The translations under genes and the position numbers were made by a program. Source: a virus. Taken from it: a stretch of 64,000 nt of DNA. The stretch is from positions 1-64,000 of IMG/VR virus record IMGVR_UViG_3300020048_000023, one strand, 5' to 3'. The notes under the pieces are model-generated. The model had not been told where the DNA came from and did no database searches. It saw nothing but the letters and a program-made list of their open reading frames with translations. Shown here in pieces: positions 28,873-38,752 of this stretch (positions are counted from its first letter, which is position 1; each line of letters opens with the position of its first letter).

Positions 28873-29292
28873 ATGGAATTAGGTGGTTTACGCCAGTTAG
28901 TTTTTACTGCCGAAGGTCTTCGGGAGCAGTGGGATTTTATCGTGGGTGATAGGATGGATAACAAGAGCCAAGATTATAAAGAAAAGGCATACAGGGTACT
29001 TGAAGATATTTTTGACTTTGTTGAAAAGACGCGTGCTACAGAATACTTGGGCAATGAGGATGCTACTGGATTTGTTAACGCGGCATTCTTAATATTCCTG
29101 AGAAGCGGCTGCACTGAACCTGAAATAGTTTATGAAGTATTCAGGGATATTGCCGCTGTTGAACACCTATCAGACGATCAACTTGACGACTACCCAGAAT
29201 TTATTGATAATTTTTCACTTGCCTATTGTAACATGAAAGAAACATTAAACAGGCACCCGAGCTACCAAGAAAAAAAAGTTTTGGTTAATTAA
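28873..29292 (+). CDS. Hypothetical protein
   Basis: ORF in operon. Confidence 0.5.
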   Translation: MELGGLRQLVFTAEGLREQWDFIVGDRMDNKSQDYKEKAYRVLEDIFDFVEKTRATEYLGNEDATGFVNAAFLIFLRSGCTEPEIVYEVFRDIAAVEHLSDDQLDDYPEFIDNFSLAYCNMKETLNRHPSYQEKKVLVN

Positions 29293-29585
29293 AATAATAA
29301 GCGTATATTTGCACCAAATTAATGATATGAGTAACAATAAATCAGATTTCCTTACCATAGTCGGTAAATACGTGGACGGTAAGCTGGAATACTCATATCC
29401 AAGGTGGATGATGATGTATTTTTCGGGCATAGATTTTCTACCGCAGGTTCCCGCCACAGATACGGCACATTACGAAATATTCAACCCATCCCAAATGGAA
29501 TTAGTTGAGAACGTACAATATTCAGCCAGACTCATATCGTTCGACGATGGTGATATTGCTGAAATAATCGATCAATTCGAGCCTA

Positions 29586-30248
29586 ATGGAACTACAGAGT
29601 AAAATCATTAACGATGATTACACCAGTTGGGTGTACGACGCCTACGACATTCAGAATAAAGAATCGGTCGTAACGCACGTAGCCGATTTTACCATACCTA
29701 CTGACCAGTGGAACGTAGGGCTCATTTACGGCAACTCTGGAAGCGGAAAATCTACCCTGCTCAGGAGTTACGACGGCGATATGAATATATCATTTGATAG
29801 CGACAAAGCACTCATTTCTAATTTCACACACCTGCAACCGCAGGAAGCCTGTAAGGTACTGGCAAGCGTAGGGCTGGCATCTGTACCCAGCTGGCTAAAA
29901 CCTTTTGACGTTCTATCCAACGGCGAGAAATTCAGGGCTGAGATCGCAATGCGTATCAGTCAGGCTGATGGTGTTTGCTTCATTGACGAGTTTACCAGTG
30001 TTGTAGACCGTGACGTGGCAAAGGCTATGTCGGTGGCTGTGGCTAAGTGGGTTCGCAGGGAGAATAAACAGGTTGTGCTTGCCAGCTGTCATAAAGACAT
30101 TATAGAATGGTTGCAGCCAGATTGGATTTACTCCACGGAAACGTGCGAGTATCAAAAAAAAAAGTCTGCGACAGACCAACCCTCGATTTACAAGTCTTTC
30201 GTGCAAAGTATGAAGCGTGGGACTTATTTAAACACCATCACTATCTAA
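29586..30248 (+). CDS. ABC-type ATPase (N-terminal part of likely ATPase-GNAT fusion)
   Basis: GNSGSGKS; LSNGEKFR; IDEFTSVVDR; SCH. Confidence 0.85.
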   Translation: MELQSKIINDDYTSWVYDAYDIQNKESVVTHVADFTIPTDQWNVGLIYGNSGSGKSTLLRSYDGDMNISFDSDKALISNFTHLQPQEACKVLASVGLASVPSWLKPFDVLSNGEKFRAEIAMRISQADGVCFIDEFTSVVDRDVAKAMSVAVAKWVRRENKQVVLASCHKDIIEWLQPDWIYSTETCEYQKKKSATDQPSIYKSFVQSMKRGTYLNTITI

Positions 30249-30676
30249 CCGAAAACCTGAATAACAGCGCCAGATTATACGTGGCAACGTTACACGATAA
30301 CCCGATAGCCTGTGTTGCTGTATTAGCCCAGCCGAATGGTTATCTAAAAAACGCATTCAGGGGCTCAAGGACGGTAGTAATGCCAGATTATCAGGGAATG
30401 GGTATAGGTTCATTGTTTAGTAACTTCATTGCGGGCAGTTATGTGCTGGCTGGCAACAGATACTTCACTAAGACCGTAAATCCTGCCCTTGGAGAGTACC
30501 GAAACAACCACCCTGACCTATGGAAGCCTACCAGCAAAAACGGCGTCCTACGCAAGGATATGAAGGGCAGACAGAAAGAACGTATGAAGTGGGATGAACA
30601 GCCGAGGGCTTCCTATTGCCACGAATTTATCGGCAAGAATATAGGGGATATAAACCTACTAAGCGAAAAAATTTAA
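30155..30676 (+). CDS. GNAT/Mom-like acetyltransferase (-1 frame continuation of the ATPase)
   Basis: WDLFKHHHYL; RTVVMPDYQGMGIG acetyl-CoA motif. Confidence 0.75.
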   Translation, partial: KKKVCDRPTLDLQVFRAKYEAWDLFKHHHYLTENLNNSARLYVATLHDNPIACVAVLAQPNGYLKNAFRGSRTVVMPDYQGMGIGSLFSNFIAGSYVLAGNRYFTKTVNPALGEYRNNHPDLWKPTSKNGVLRKDMKGRQKERMKWDEQPRASYCHEFIGKNIGDINLLSEKI

Positions 30677-30682
30677 AATAAA

Positions 30683-30714
30683 TTTGGTGGATTCAAAAAC
30701 TTGTTGTACATTTG
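30683..30714 (+). promoter_or_regulatory. Promoter of cas operon
   Basis: TTTG-N20-TACATTTG; a second promoter at 34178-34209 precedes cas8. Confidence 0.7.
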
Positions 30715-30733
30715 CGGCATAAATTAAAGCCGT

Positions 30734-31420
30734 ATGAGAGTTATACTACATTTAAGTAAAAACAAAGTACCAATTTCAAACCCACGGAGCCACGCACTAA
30801 GCCGTTTACATAAATGGTTTGGGCGAAATAATGAAATACATAACGAGCAATCATTCTATACTTTTTCCGACATTTGGGGTAAAGATAGTACGTCTAAAGA
30901 TGGCGTATTAGACTTTCCAAATGGCGGAAAATTTGTTTTCAGCTCGAATGATACTGGATTAATAAGTAAAATTCTTTTTGCTATTGATCAGGACTCCGAA
31001 TTTATATTTGGTATGAAGGTAATAGGTAGGGATTACGTTGTATTTGACCCATCTGCTGATTTTGGTGACTACTTTTTGTTTCAATCACCAATACACCTTA
31101 CGCAAAAATCCGCTGAAATCGGTTCAAAAAATAAATCTATAACATTCAAAGATACAAATAGCTCGGATGTTATGACCCATATTATGAAGCTGAAAATGGA
31201 TAAAGCTGGTGTCAATTCAGAAGGTTTTAGCATAGCATTCGATACCAAATCTCCAAGCAAAAGAACTCACGTGTGGAAACATAGTGATAATAAAAAACTG
31301 GTATTAAATTATTGCCCCGTAATCATCAACGGCACTAACGAGCAGAAAATATTCTGTCTTGACGTTGGCGTAGGTAAATCAACAGGTACTGGATTAGGTT
31401 GTATTAAACCCACAAAATAA
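30734..31420 (+). CDS. cas6: CRISPR endoribonuclease Cas6
   Basis: C-terminal GVGKSTGTGLG glycine loop; context. Confidence 0.85.
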   Translation: MRVILHLSKNKVPISNPRSHALSRLHKWFGRNNEIHNEQSFYTFSDIWGKDSTSKDGVLDFPNGGKFVFSSNDTGLISKILFAIDQDSEFIFGMKVIGRDYVVFDPSADFGDYFLFQSPIHLTQKSAEIGSKNKSITFKDTNSSDVMTHIMKLKMDKAGVNSEGFSIAFDTKSPSKRTHVWKHSDNKKLVLNYCPVIINGTNEQKIFCLDVGVGKSTGTGLGCIKPTK

Positions 31421-31426
31421 ATTACT

Positions 31427-31981
31427 ATGTATACGATAAAATATTCTGGCGTTTTTGCGTTTATGGCGCCGTACAGTACTGGCAGGAACACCTATATTAA
31501 AAGCAGGTCTTTCGTTATTCCGTCAACACTCAAAGGTATAGAACGATTTCTATTCCCAGAGCTTTTGAGGGATAAGTCCGTAAAACTGCAAAAAATATCA
31601 CGTTGTAAGTTACAATATGAGAGCATACACAATACTCAGGAAGAAGTAACAAGGTGCTCAGTTAAAAAAAACAAGAACAAAGATATAATACAGGAAAAAT
31701 CGGTCATTACCCGAGGCTTGCTTTATAATGTGTCCTGTTTTATTGCTTTTAAAAACGAGGAAGATGCCAAAAGAGCTTATGCTGAAACAATAAGATTATC
31801 CCGCAAAGAGGATATGTTATTGCCAAAGGAGTTTAATGAATGCAGCGACGAAGAGTTTTCAAATCTGAAAGGTATTGAGTTTGTTGAAACCAACGAAGCA
31901 GACTCACAAGCTATACTGGTAGGAAACAATAGGTACGATGATTACAGTAAAACGTATGGAAGAGTTGTTATCACACGTTAG
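31427..31981 (+). CDS. cas5: Cas5
   Basis: YSGVFAF.P...S..F..PSTL.GI N-terminal motif; context. Confidence 0.7.
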   Translation: MYTIKYSGVFAFMAPYSTGRNTYIKSRSFVIPSTLKGIERFLFPELLRDKSVKLQKISRCKLQYESIHNTQEEVTRCSVKKNKNKDIIQEKSVITRGLLYNVSCFIAFKNEEDAKRAYAETIRLSRKEDMLLPKEFNECSDEEFSNLKGIEFVETNEADSQAILVGNNRYDDYSKTYGRVVITR

Positions 31982-34163
31982 AGCTAAAGGTAGTCCTACT
32001 AATACGTCAGTCTTTCAACATTTGAAAGATACTGCGTATATTATGAACATACTATCACGCCACTTTAAGTTTAATAAGTGGGTGAGTAAAAATGGCGCAT
32101 TATTGCACGACATAGGCAAATGCCACCCAGTATTTCAATCAAGGCTCAGTACACCGTATGACGGCTCCGACCTCTGGATAATACCGTTTAGACACGAAAT
32201 ATCATCCATACTTTTTATCTCGTTATTTAAGCCAAAATACTGGGATATACTTATTGAACTTATTATTGGGCACCATAAATCTGTTTATCTACGGGGCGGA
32301 AATGAAATAGGTAGTAACCATAAGGGGCTACTAACTTTAATAGCCAATAACCCAGACGTATTTGAACGCCACGCTGGAACGGAAGAGGAATGGAATGAGT
32401 GGTCAAAAACAGCTTTATCTATACTTGGCTATCTTAAAATTAAAACTAAGCCTATTAGCTACAGCGAAGCCAGAGCCAACTATGATTACGTTGTATCGTA
32501 TTGTAGAGAAATAAGGAAAACAGGTAAGGGTATATCTAAATGGCGCGGAATACTCAATGCCGCCGACCATATATCATCGCACCTTGATCTATTTAGGGAT
32601 TCATTTGAATCAACTAAAAAAAGTATGTTTGTAAAGCCAGACGTTAGTGTTTATGACAAAATGGCTAATTCCTTATATCCTCTTTCGGTTATAGATATGA
32701 AAAAGGAGAAAAAGCATAAGCATACACTTATTATAGCACCTACTGGGGCTGGTAAAACCCAAGCTCTTCTAAGGTGCGCAACTGGTAGAATATTTTATAT
32801 TCTTCCGTTCCAAGCGGCAATTGACGCTATGTTTAGGCGTTTTAAACACGATCTAACAACAACAAACCCAAACTTGGCTATTTCTATACTTCACTCAAAA
32901 TCGGTACCTATTATAGAAAGAGAGGGTACCGTAGCGGAAGCAGTACTGCGGGATAAAATTGGATGCGGACTGAAAGTAGCAACACCATACCAAATATCAA
33001 AAATACTTGTTGGGTCGTCTGGATTTGAGCAGACCATACTTGATATAAGCGGGCAGGATATAATAATGGATGAAATACACTCCTATAATAGAGAGGCTAA
33101 ATCTTTTATATTAACGCTTATTCGTGTTTTACTGCTATTTAATTGTCGTATACACTTCGGAACCGCCACACTTCCAACGGATTTAAAAAATAAGATCATT
33201 AAAATACTTGGCGGAAAAGATAACGTTGATATAATTGAATTAACGAGCGAGCAGCAAGACACATTTGATAGACATATAATTTATAAAAGAGATAGTTTTA
33301 CTGACTGTCTTCCAACTATAGACGAAGCAGTGGCTAATAAGAAAAAAATCTTGATAGTAGCTAATACTGTAGGCGTTGCCCAAAGAATATATAATGATAT
33401 ACTACAAAGGTATCCACATTATAAGTCGTCGCTACTTCACAGCCGATTCAGACGTAAAGATAGGTCTGTTAAAGAAAACGAATTGTTTGATAATAATGCT
33501 TGGAAGGACGGTGGTATTCTCGTAGCAACACAAGTGGTTGAGGTTAGCCTTGACATTAATTACGATGTATTATTTACCTATTGTGCTCCATTTGACGCAC
33601 TCATACAAAGAGGTGGTCGTATTAATAGAGATAGAAATAGACCCCCAGACCGTATTTGCCCCATATACGTAATAAAGACACGAATGAATCATACTAATCG
33701 GGGTGAAGTTATTAGAACCGAGCTTGGCGGTTATAACGAAGGTATAGTAAATGCCACGTGGAATATTTTAAAAGATGGCGAAATACTAAAAGAATCAAGC
33801 ATACAGGGGATGATTGATGCAATATACCCTAATACAGTGGATGATCAAAACCTTATCACAAACTGTATATTTGACGCAGATGGTAACTGTATTATGCAGA
33901 AGCTAACTAATCAAAAAAACGACATACTCGAACAGATATTCACCCAGTCCAATGATATCTTGATTTTGGAAAGCGACGTGGAAGAATATAGGAGAAATTA
34001 TAAATCCAGAGCCGAACTTGAAATACCAGTGTTCTATCTGTCAAGGCATATAGAGAATGTGCTTATACATAATGAGTTAGGTGAGCTAAAGAAAATGGAC
34101 TGCGGGCTCGAACCGTACATTTTACCCAATGCAAACTACAGCTTTGAACGCGGAATTATTTAA
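31956..34163 (+). CDS. cas3: Cas3 HD nuclease-helicase
   Basis: HL..T, LHDIGK, RHE, HH, AD; APTGAGKT, DEIH, TAT, ATQVVEVSLDI, QRGGRINR. Confidence 0.95.
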   Translation: MEELLSHVRAKGSPTNTSVFQHLKDTAYIMNILSRHFKFNKWVSKNGALLHDIGKCHPVFQSRLSTPYDGSDLWIIPFRHEISSILFISLFKPKYWDILIELIIGHHKSVYLRGGNEIGSNHKGLLTLIANNPDVFERHAGTEEEWNEWSKTALSILGYLKIKTKPISYSEARANYDYVVSYCREIRKTGKGISKWRGILNAADHISSHLDLFRDSFESTKKSMFVKPDVSVYDKMANSLYPLSVIDMKKEKKHKHTLIIAPTGAGKTQALLRCATGRIFYILPFQAAIDAMFRRFKHDLTTTNPNLAISILHSKSVPIIEREGTVAEAVLRDKIGCGLKVATPYQISKILVGSSGFEQTILDISGQDIIMDEIHSYNREAKSFILTLIRVLLLFNCRIHFGTATLPTDLKNKIIKILGGKDNVDIIELTSEQQDTFDRHIIYKRDSFTDCLPTIDEAVANKKKILIVANTVGVAQRIYNDILQRYPHYKSSLLHSRFRRKDRSVKENELFDNNAWKDGGILVATQVVEVSLDINYDVLFTYCAPFDALIQRGGRINRDRNRPPDRICPIYVIKTRMNHTNRGEVIRTELGGYNEGIVNATWNILKDGEILKESSIQGMIDAIYPNTVDDQNLITNCIFDADGNCIMQKLTNQKNDILEQIFTQSNDILILESDVEEYRRNYKSRAELEIPVFYLSRHIENVLIHNELGELKKMDCGLEPYILPNANYSFERGII

Positions 34164-34228
34164 CATCTAAAAATAAATTTGGTAGATTCAAAAATTAGTT
34201 ATATATTTGCCACGTTAATCCAAAACAT

Positions 34229-35566
34229 ATGGAAGCCATAAATTTAGGTAGAATACTTTTACGTCAATACAATAAGGTTAATTCAACGAATTACTCAGCA
34301 AAGGAGTTTTTTGAGAATCATTTTGAAGTGTTCCATAGCCCAAAGTCTGAAAAGAATTTTATAAGCATAACAAATAGCCCATTTCATAATAATGGTGGCA
34401 AAAAACCAAAACCATACGAAAAACGTATGGCTGAATATCTGGAAAAAATAGCGTCTGGTAATAGAACTACTTCAATAGGTCGTGATTTTCCAGCGGAAGG
34501 GGAATCACAAGCGACCAGATCACAGGTTGATATGAGAAACATAGACGCATTAACTACGGAAGATATCTATTTGGCTCAGATTGGTGATAATCTATTTGTT
34601 AACATAGAATCATATTCGGTCGGAATAGGGCACCCAGAAGTGTTGTATGAAATCTACCAAGGGTGGTTGGTATACCGAGATAAAATATTGGATAATACGT
34701 TTTACAATTACAAAGGCAACCAGTGTGATACGTGGAACGGTATATGGTTATTGGCTAATACCGAAGACCAATCAGTTGATATGACCGTAAATGATATAGT
34801 AAACAGCTATACGGCAAAGAAAAAAGATAAAAGCGGCAACGAAAAACCTATTGTTGATGAACATAAGTGTTTAAGGTTTGAATCAGTTCGCTGGCACCAA
34901 TTTTTTATTAACCTCGCGGTAAAGTATGCAGATGAATCATTTAACATTAATGTCAAATTATTTAGTGATACAAATAAAGCGTATGGTGATATTACCGTCG
35001 ACCTTAAAGACCTGCGTTACGTGTACGACTTCCTGAAATTGCATACCGAAATAACTGGTAGTAAAAGAGCGTATATTCAAAAGATATTTGAGTCTTGGGA
35101 TATAAAAAGCTTTCGGTATATACTTGAAGGAGATACCTTGGAAAAACATTGCTTTGAACCAAATAATTTTTATGATATCATTCATAATCTCAAACAAGAT
35201 AAAAAAGTTAAACAGAAAGATATAATTAATCTTAAAAACTACTACTTTATGATACTGAGTACCCCAGAAATAATAGCTACAACCGATAGACTATCAACGC
35301 AGTTAATTAATTTCGCCAAAAGTAAGGCTGGTATGAGAAATAGAATAACTGACGTTGAAAAGTTGGTTAATTCTTGGTCAGTGGCTCACTTTAGTAAGAA
35401 CTTAGCTGAAATGGCTAAAACTTATGAAGATGATTTTACAATCGATATATTGGATAATAACACTATTATACAGCTCAATAAGGACTGCTTCAATGTGTTT
35501 ATATCCCAGCTTAAACTTAAATTCTATTTATCCACCTCTAAATCAAACAAAAATGTTAAATTCTAA
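34229..35566 (+). CDS. cas8: Cas8-like large subunit (type I-B-like)
   Basis: Position between cas3 and cas7; size; GR..L..YN...Y.AK.FF N-terminus. Confidence 0.55.
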   Translation: MEAINLGRILLRQYNKVNSTNYSAKEFFENHFEVFHSPKSEKNFISITNSPFHNNGGKKPKPYEKRMAEYLEKIASGNRTTSIGRDFPAEGESQATRSQVDMRNIDALTTEDIYLAQIGDNLFVNIESYSVGIGHPEVLYEIYQGWLVYRDKILDNTFYNYKGNQCDTWNGIWLLANTEDQSVDMTVNDIVNSYTAKKKDKSGNEKPIVDEHKCLRFESVRWHQFFINLAVKYADESFNINVKLFSDTNKAYGDITVDLKDLRYVYDFLKLHTEITGSKRAYIQKIFESWDIKSFRYILEGDTLEKHCFEPNNFYDIIHNLKQDKKVKQKDIINLKNYYFMILSTPEIIATTDRLSTQLINFAKSKAGMRNRITDVEKLVNSWSVAHFSKNLAEMAKTYEDDFTIDILDNNTIIQLNKDCFNVFISQLKLKFYLSTSKSNKNVKF

Positions 35567-36692
35567 AAGATTAAGAATCAAACAGGTTATTTATTACAAT
35601 AACCCAACCCTATTTTGCGTGGGTAAAGAAGGGCAAAAACGAGTATATGATAAAACATATGGAAAATACCTTGCGTATTCGTCTGGGCAGCAACAAAAAA
35701 CTACCCGCGTAAACGAGGTGTGTGAATTGCTTGGTATACCACTTGCGGATTTTGTGTTTTACTACAATGAAAAGCACAAGCAAGCGTCAAAAGGTATTTC
35801 ACAAGACCCGAGGCACGTAGAGGCTATGACACGTGGGTATATGAATGTAACCACTAATAATATTAAACGGGAAAGTCCACTTAATATTAGTACTATGTTT
35901 CCAATACACCCATTATTGGTTGAATCCATCGATGATTTAATTGCCGTAGGTCACGGGGTAAGGGAAAAAAGTTTTACCCTTATACAGGAAAAGAAAAAGA
36001 CCAAAAAAGCTGGCGAGGATGATGATGAATCAGAAAAATCAGACGGCTCAAAGACAGAAGGTAAGTACGAAGAGGTTCCAAAAACAACCGATGAATACAA
36101 AAAATTTCTCGACGAAATGGCTGATACTCGAAAAAAAGGTATAGAACATAGTTTAGCTGGTGGTAAATTATTAACCCGTGGGGTGTTCGAAAGATATATT
36201 GAAATTGACCTAACCAGATTGTTCGCATTTAACAATGATATCTTACTTCCGAGCAAAGAGATTGCCGCTGAATATATGGACGCGATCATTAAGGACGGGT
36301 GGAAAGAAGTAGACACCAAATTGTATGGTAAAATGTTTATCGTACCAAAGTCAATACGCGATAAATATATCCCTGCAATTGCCGAAGCTCTGGTTATGGC
36401 TCTTCCAAACACTAATCAGTCCAGTTCATACTCAGTAGGCGAAATAGTTGCTACGGCGGTTAGTTATGACGCCTCGGAAAATTCATATGCAATTGTGTGC
36501 GAAGAAAATAATGAAACCGCTAATGTTATATTAGACAAGGATGCTGGTTCCAAATTATTCATCACGCCTATTGCCAAAAGTAGCAGGATATTCGCAGGGT
36601 ACGACCGTGAATCAGCTACCTCAAAGGCTAATAAAGAAGCCATTGCGTATATAACTCAGGAATTGCTAAACTTCGACTACGAGGGTATATAA
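35553..36692 (+). CDS. cas7: Cas7 backbone subunit
   Basis: YSSGQQ.K; RGYM; KRESPL.IS; IDL.RLF; context. Confidence 0.7.
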   Translation: MLNSKRLRIKQVIYYNNPTLFCVGKEGQKRVYDKTYGKYLAYSSGQQQKTTRVNEVCELLGIPLADFVFYYNEKHKQASKGISQDPRHVEAMTRGYMNVTTNNIKRESPLNISTMFPIHPLLVESIDDLIAVGHGVREKSFTLIQEKKKTKKAGEDDDESEKSDGSKTEGKYEEVPKTTDEYKKFLDEMADTRKKGIEHSLAGGKLLTRGVFERYIEIDLTRLFAFNNDILLPSKEIAAEYMDAIIKDGWKEVDTKLYGKMFIVPKSIRDKYIPAIAEALVMALPNTNQSSSYSVGEIVATAVSYDASENSYAIVCEENNETANVILDKDAGSKLFITPIAKSSRIFAGYDRESATSKANKEAIAYITQELLNFDYEGI

Positions 36693-36767
36693 ACGTGAAA
36701 TAAGCCATTTTGTTCTTTGACAAATCTGGTGTAGTAAATTAATGTTTAAGGGGTTACACATAGGTAC

Positions 36768-38025
36768 ACTGTGCGTAACCCCATTCTGTAAGGAAATAAC
36801 AACATAATCGGTACATTTCTCTTAAACAATTGTACTGTGCGTAACCCCATTCTGTAAGGAAATAACAACTAACCATCGGGTTCTCCTTACCGTTCCCAAC
36901 TGTGCGTAACCCCATTCTGTAAGGAAATAGTAATACATATGCGGTTGAGTTTGCATTAGTTTTTATTGCGCATAAACCCATTCTGTAAGGAAATAATAAT
37001 CACTGACCAATTACCAGATCAGTCCAGTTAGAGTAACCCCATTCTGTAAGGAAATAACAACGAGTGATTTAAGGTGCCCGCCTCGAATACGACTGTGTGT
37101 AACCTCATTCTGTAAGGAAATAATAATTATGATAATTGAGCAGAGCCAGAGTCTTATACTGTGTGTAATCCCGTTCTGTAAGGAAATAATAAGTAGTAAA
37201 ATAAATGGCGCAATACCTTAAAAACTGCGCGTAACCCCATTCTGTAAGGAAATAATAATACACAAACGAAGGAGTAACCCATAACGTCAACTGTGTGTAA
37301 CCCTATTCTGTAAGGAAATAACAACATCGAAAAGATCAGGCAAATAGAAGCTTCAATTGTGCATAACCCAATTCTGTAAGGAAATAAAAACTTTTCGAAA
37401 GGGTTAAAGGTGTTGAACTATATGTAACCCTATTCTGTAAGGAAATAACAACTACCGACACCCTCGAACAAAGCTATTACCTACTGTGTGTAACCCTATT
37501 CTGTAAGGAAATAACAACTAATCGAAGTTGAACACATAAGCTCTAAAAACTGTGCATAACCCTATTCTGTAAGGAAATAACAACGACGGAATAATAAACC
37601 TCTGGTTGGAAAAACTGTGTGTAGCCCCATTCTGTAAGGAAATAATAATACATCGCAGGTAATCGCATTGCCAACTGTACGTAACCCTATTCTGTAAGGA
37701 AATAAAAATAGTTGTATTTGCACAGCGCCACAACCAGCAATGTGTGTAGCCCCATTCTGTAAGGAAATAACAATCAGAAACTCATTATGCTATGCTTAGC
37801 TAATATAACCTCATTCTGTAAGGAAATAAAAATAAGGAGCAATTCAAGAAGGTTGACTTAGATACGGTGCGTAACCACATTCTGTAAGGAAATAATAATA
37901 TGTACACCAGTGCAGTATCATCAGTGCACTGCGCATAACCCCATTCTGTAAGGAAATAATAATAATCAACACTTTAACCGAAAGATAAAACCATACATAA
38001 CCCTATTCTGTAAGGAAATTAAAAA
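36768..38025. CRISPR. CRISPR array: 20 degenerate 36-nt repeats (consensus ACTGTGYGTAACCCYATTCTGTAAGGAAATAAYAAY), 19 spacers mostly 29-30 nt
   Basis: Repeats at 36768, 36834, 36899, 36965 ... 37990; core TTCTGTAAGGAAAT invariant. Confidence 0.95.
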
Positions 38026-38050
38026 TAATTTAAAGTTTTTTTCACAAAAG

Positions 38051-38082
38051 CTTGTTTTATTCAAATATTATGTCTACATTTG
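38051..38082 (+). promoter_or_regulatory. Bacteroidota sigma-70 promoter for leader 3
   Basis: (C)TTG-N20-TACATTTG. Confidence 0.7.
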
Positions 38083-38123
38083 CAGCACTTTTTGAAACTA
38101 ACAACTATATATAAGAAAATACA

Positions 38124-38249
38124 ATGAAAAAGATCACCTACATAACCAGTTCCAATAACCTTATTCTGAAAGGAAATAACAATAGTTGTTTGGAAGCATC
38201 GTCAGAGGCGTTAGCCACTACGAATGGAATCGGTATGTACGTGAGGTAA
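38124..38249 (+). CDS. Putative attenuator leader peptide 3 MKKITYITSSNNLILKGNNNSCLEASSEALATTNGIGMYVR
   Basis: Manual translation; S/C/L/E/A core; terminator follows. Confidence 0.8.
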   Translation: MKKITYITSSNNLILKGNNNSCLEASSEALATTNGIGMYVR

Positions 38250-38276
38250 AGAATTTTTGATTACCAGAGCTCGATC

Positions 38277-38305
38277 AGCCCGATTCCAAAAGAGTCGGGT
38301 TTTTT
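38277..38305 (+). terminator. Intrinsic terminator (attenuator 3)
   Basis: AGCCCGATTC-CAAAA-GAGTCGGGTT plus T-tract. Confidence 0.85.
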
Positions 38306-38340
38306 GTTTTTTGTTCTTTGAATGTCTGGAAAAATATTGT

Positions 38341-38481
38341 GTGCGTCGTGGCGGAATTGGTATACGCGCTTGTCAGTGTACCCTACAAGGCAGGAATTGG
38401 GGAAAACAGGTGGACAACGGAAACTGCATTCCGTGGGCTTTATAGATTAAATCCGCGCTGGTTCGAGTCCAGCCGCGCACA
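38341..38481 (+). ncRNA. tRNA-Leu-like RNA with large insertion in the anticodon region
   Basis: GTGCG../..CGCAC ends; TGGCGGAATTGGTATACGC D arm; GCTGGTTCGAGTCCAGC T arm. Confidence 0.55.
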
Positions 38482-38488
38482 CAAACAT

Positions 38489-38564
38489 GGGTCGTTAGCT
38501 TAGTCTGGCTTAAAGCGTCTGCCTTGCAAGCAGAAGAGCAAGGGTTCGAATCCCTTACGATCCA
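38489..38564 (+). tRNA. tRNA-Ala(TGC)
   Basis: Loop CTTGCAA; G3:U70. Confidence 0.85.
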
Positions 38565-38593
38565 CAATACCGTCTGGAAATTCCAGACAAAAT

Positions 38594-38663
38594 GGGTCTG
38601 ATCCCGAAGGTAGGGAGCTTCACTTGCAATGAAGACATTTGGGTTCGATTCCCACAGTATCCA
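38594..38663 (+). tRNA. tRNA-Ala(TGC), divergent
   Basis: CTTCA-CTTGCAA-TGAAG. Confidence 0.6.
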
Positions 38664-38668
38664 CAAAC

Positions 38669-38752
38669 GGTGCGTTATACAAGCGGTTCAAAGTAGGCAG
38701 CCCTTCAAGCTGTCCCTGTAAAGGTTCGTGGGTTCGAATCCCACACGCACTA
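38669..38752 (+). tRNA. tRNA-Glu(TTC) with long variable arm
   Basis: GCAGC-CCTTCAA-GCTGT. Confidence 0.65.

Noticed and set aside
36754-37733. Minus-strand ORFs with repeated YFLTEWGYAQ
   Set aside because: Translations of CRISPR repeats
36804-37989. Self-targeting spacers
   Set aside because: No protospacer noticed within the window; this needs a real search
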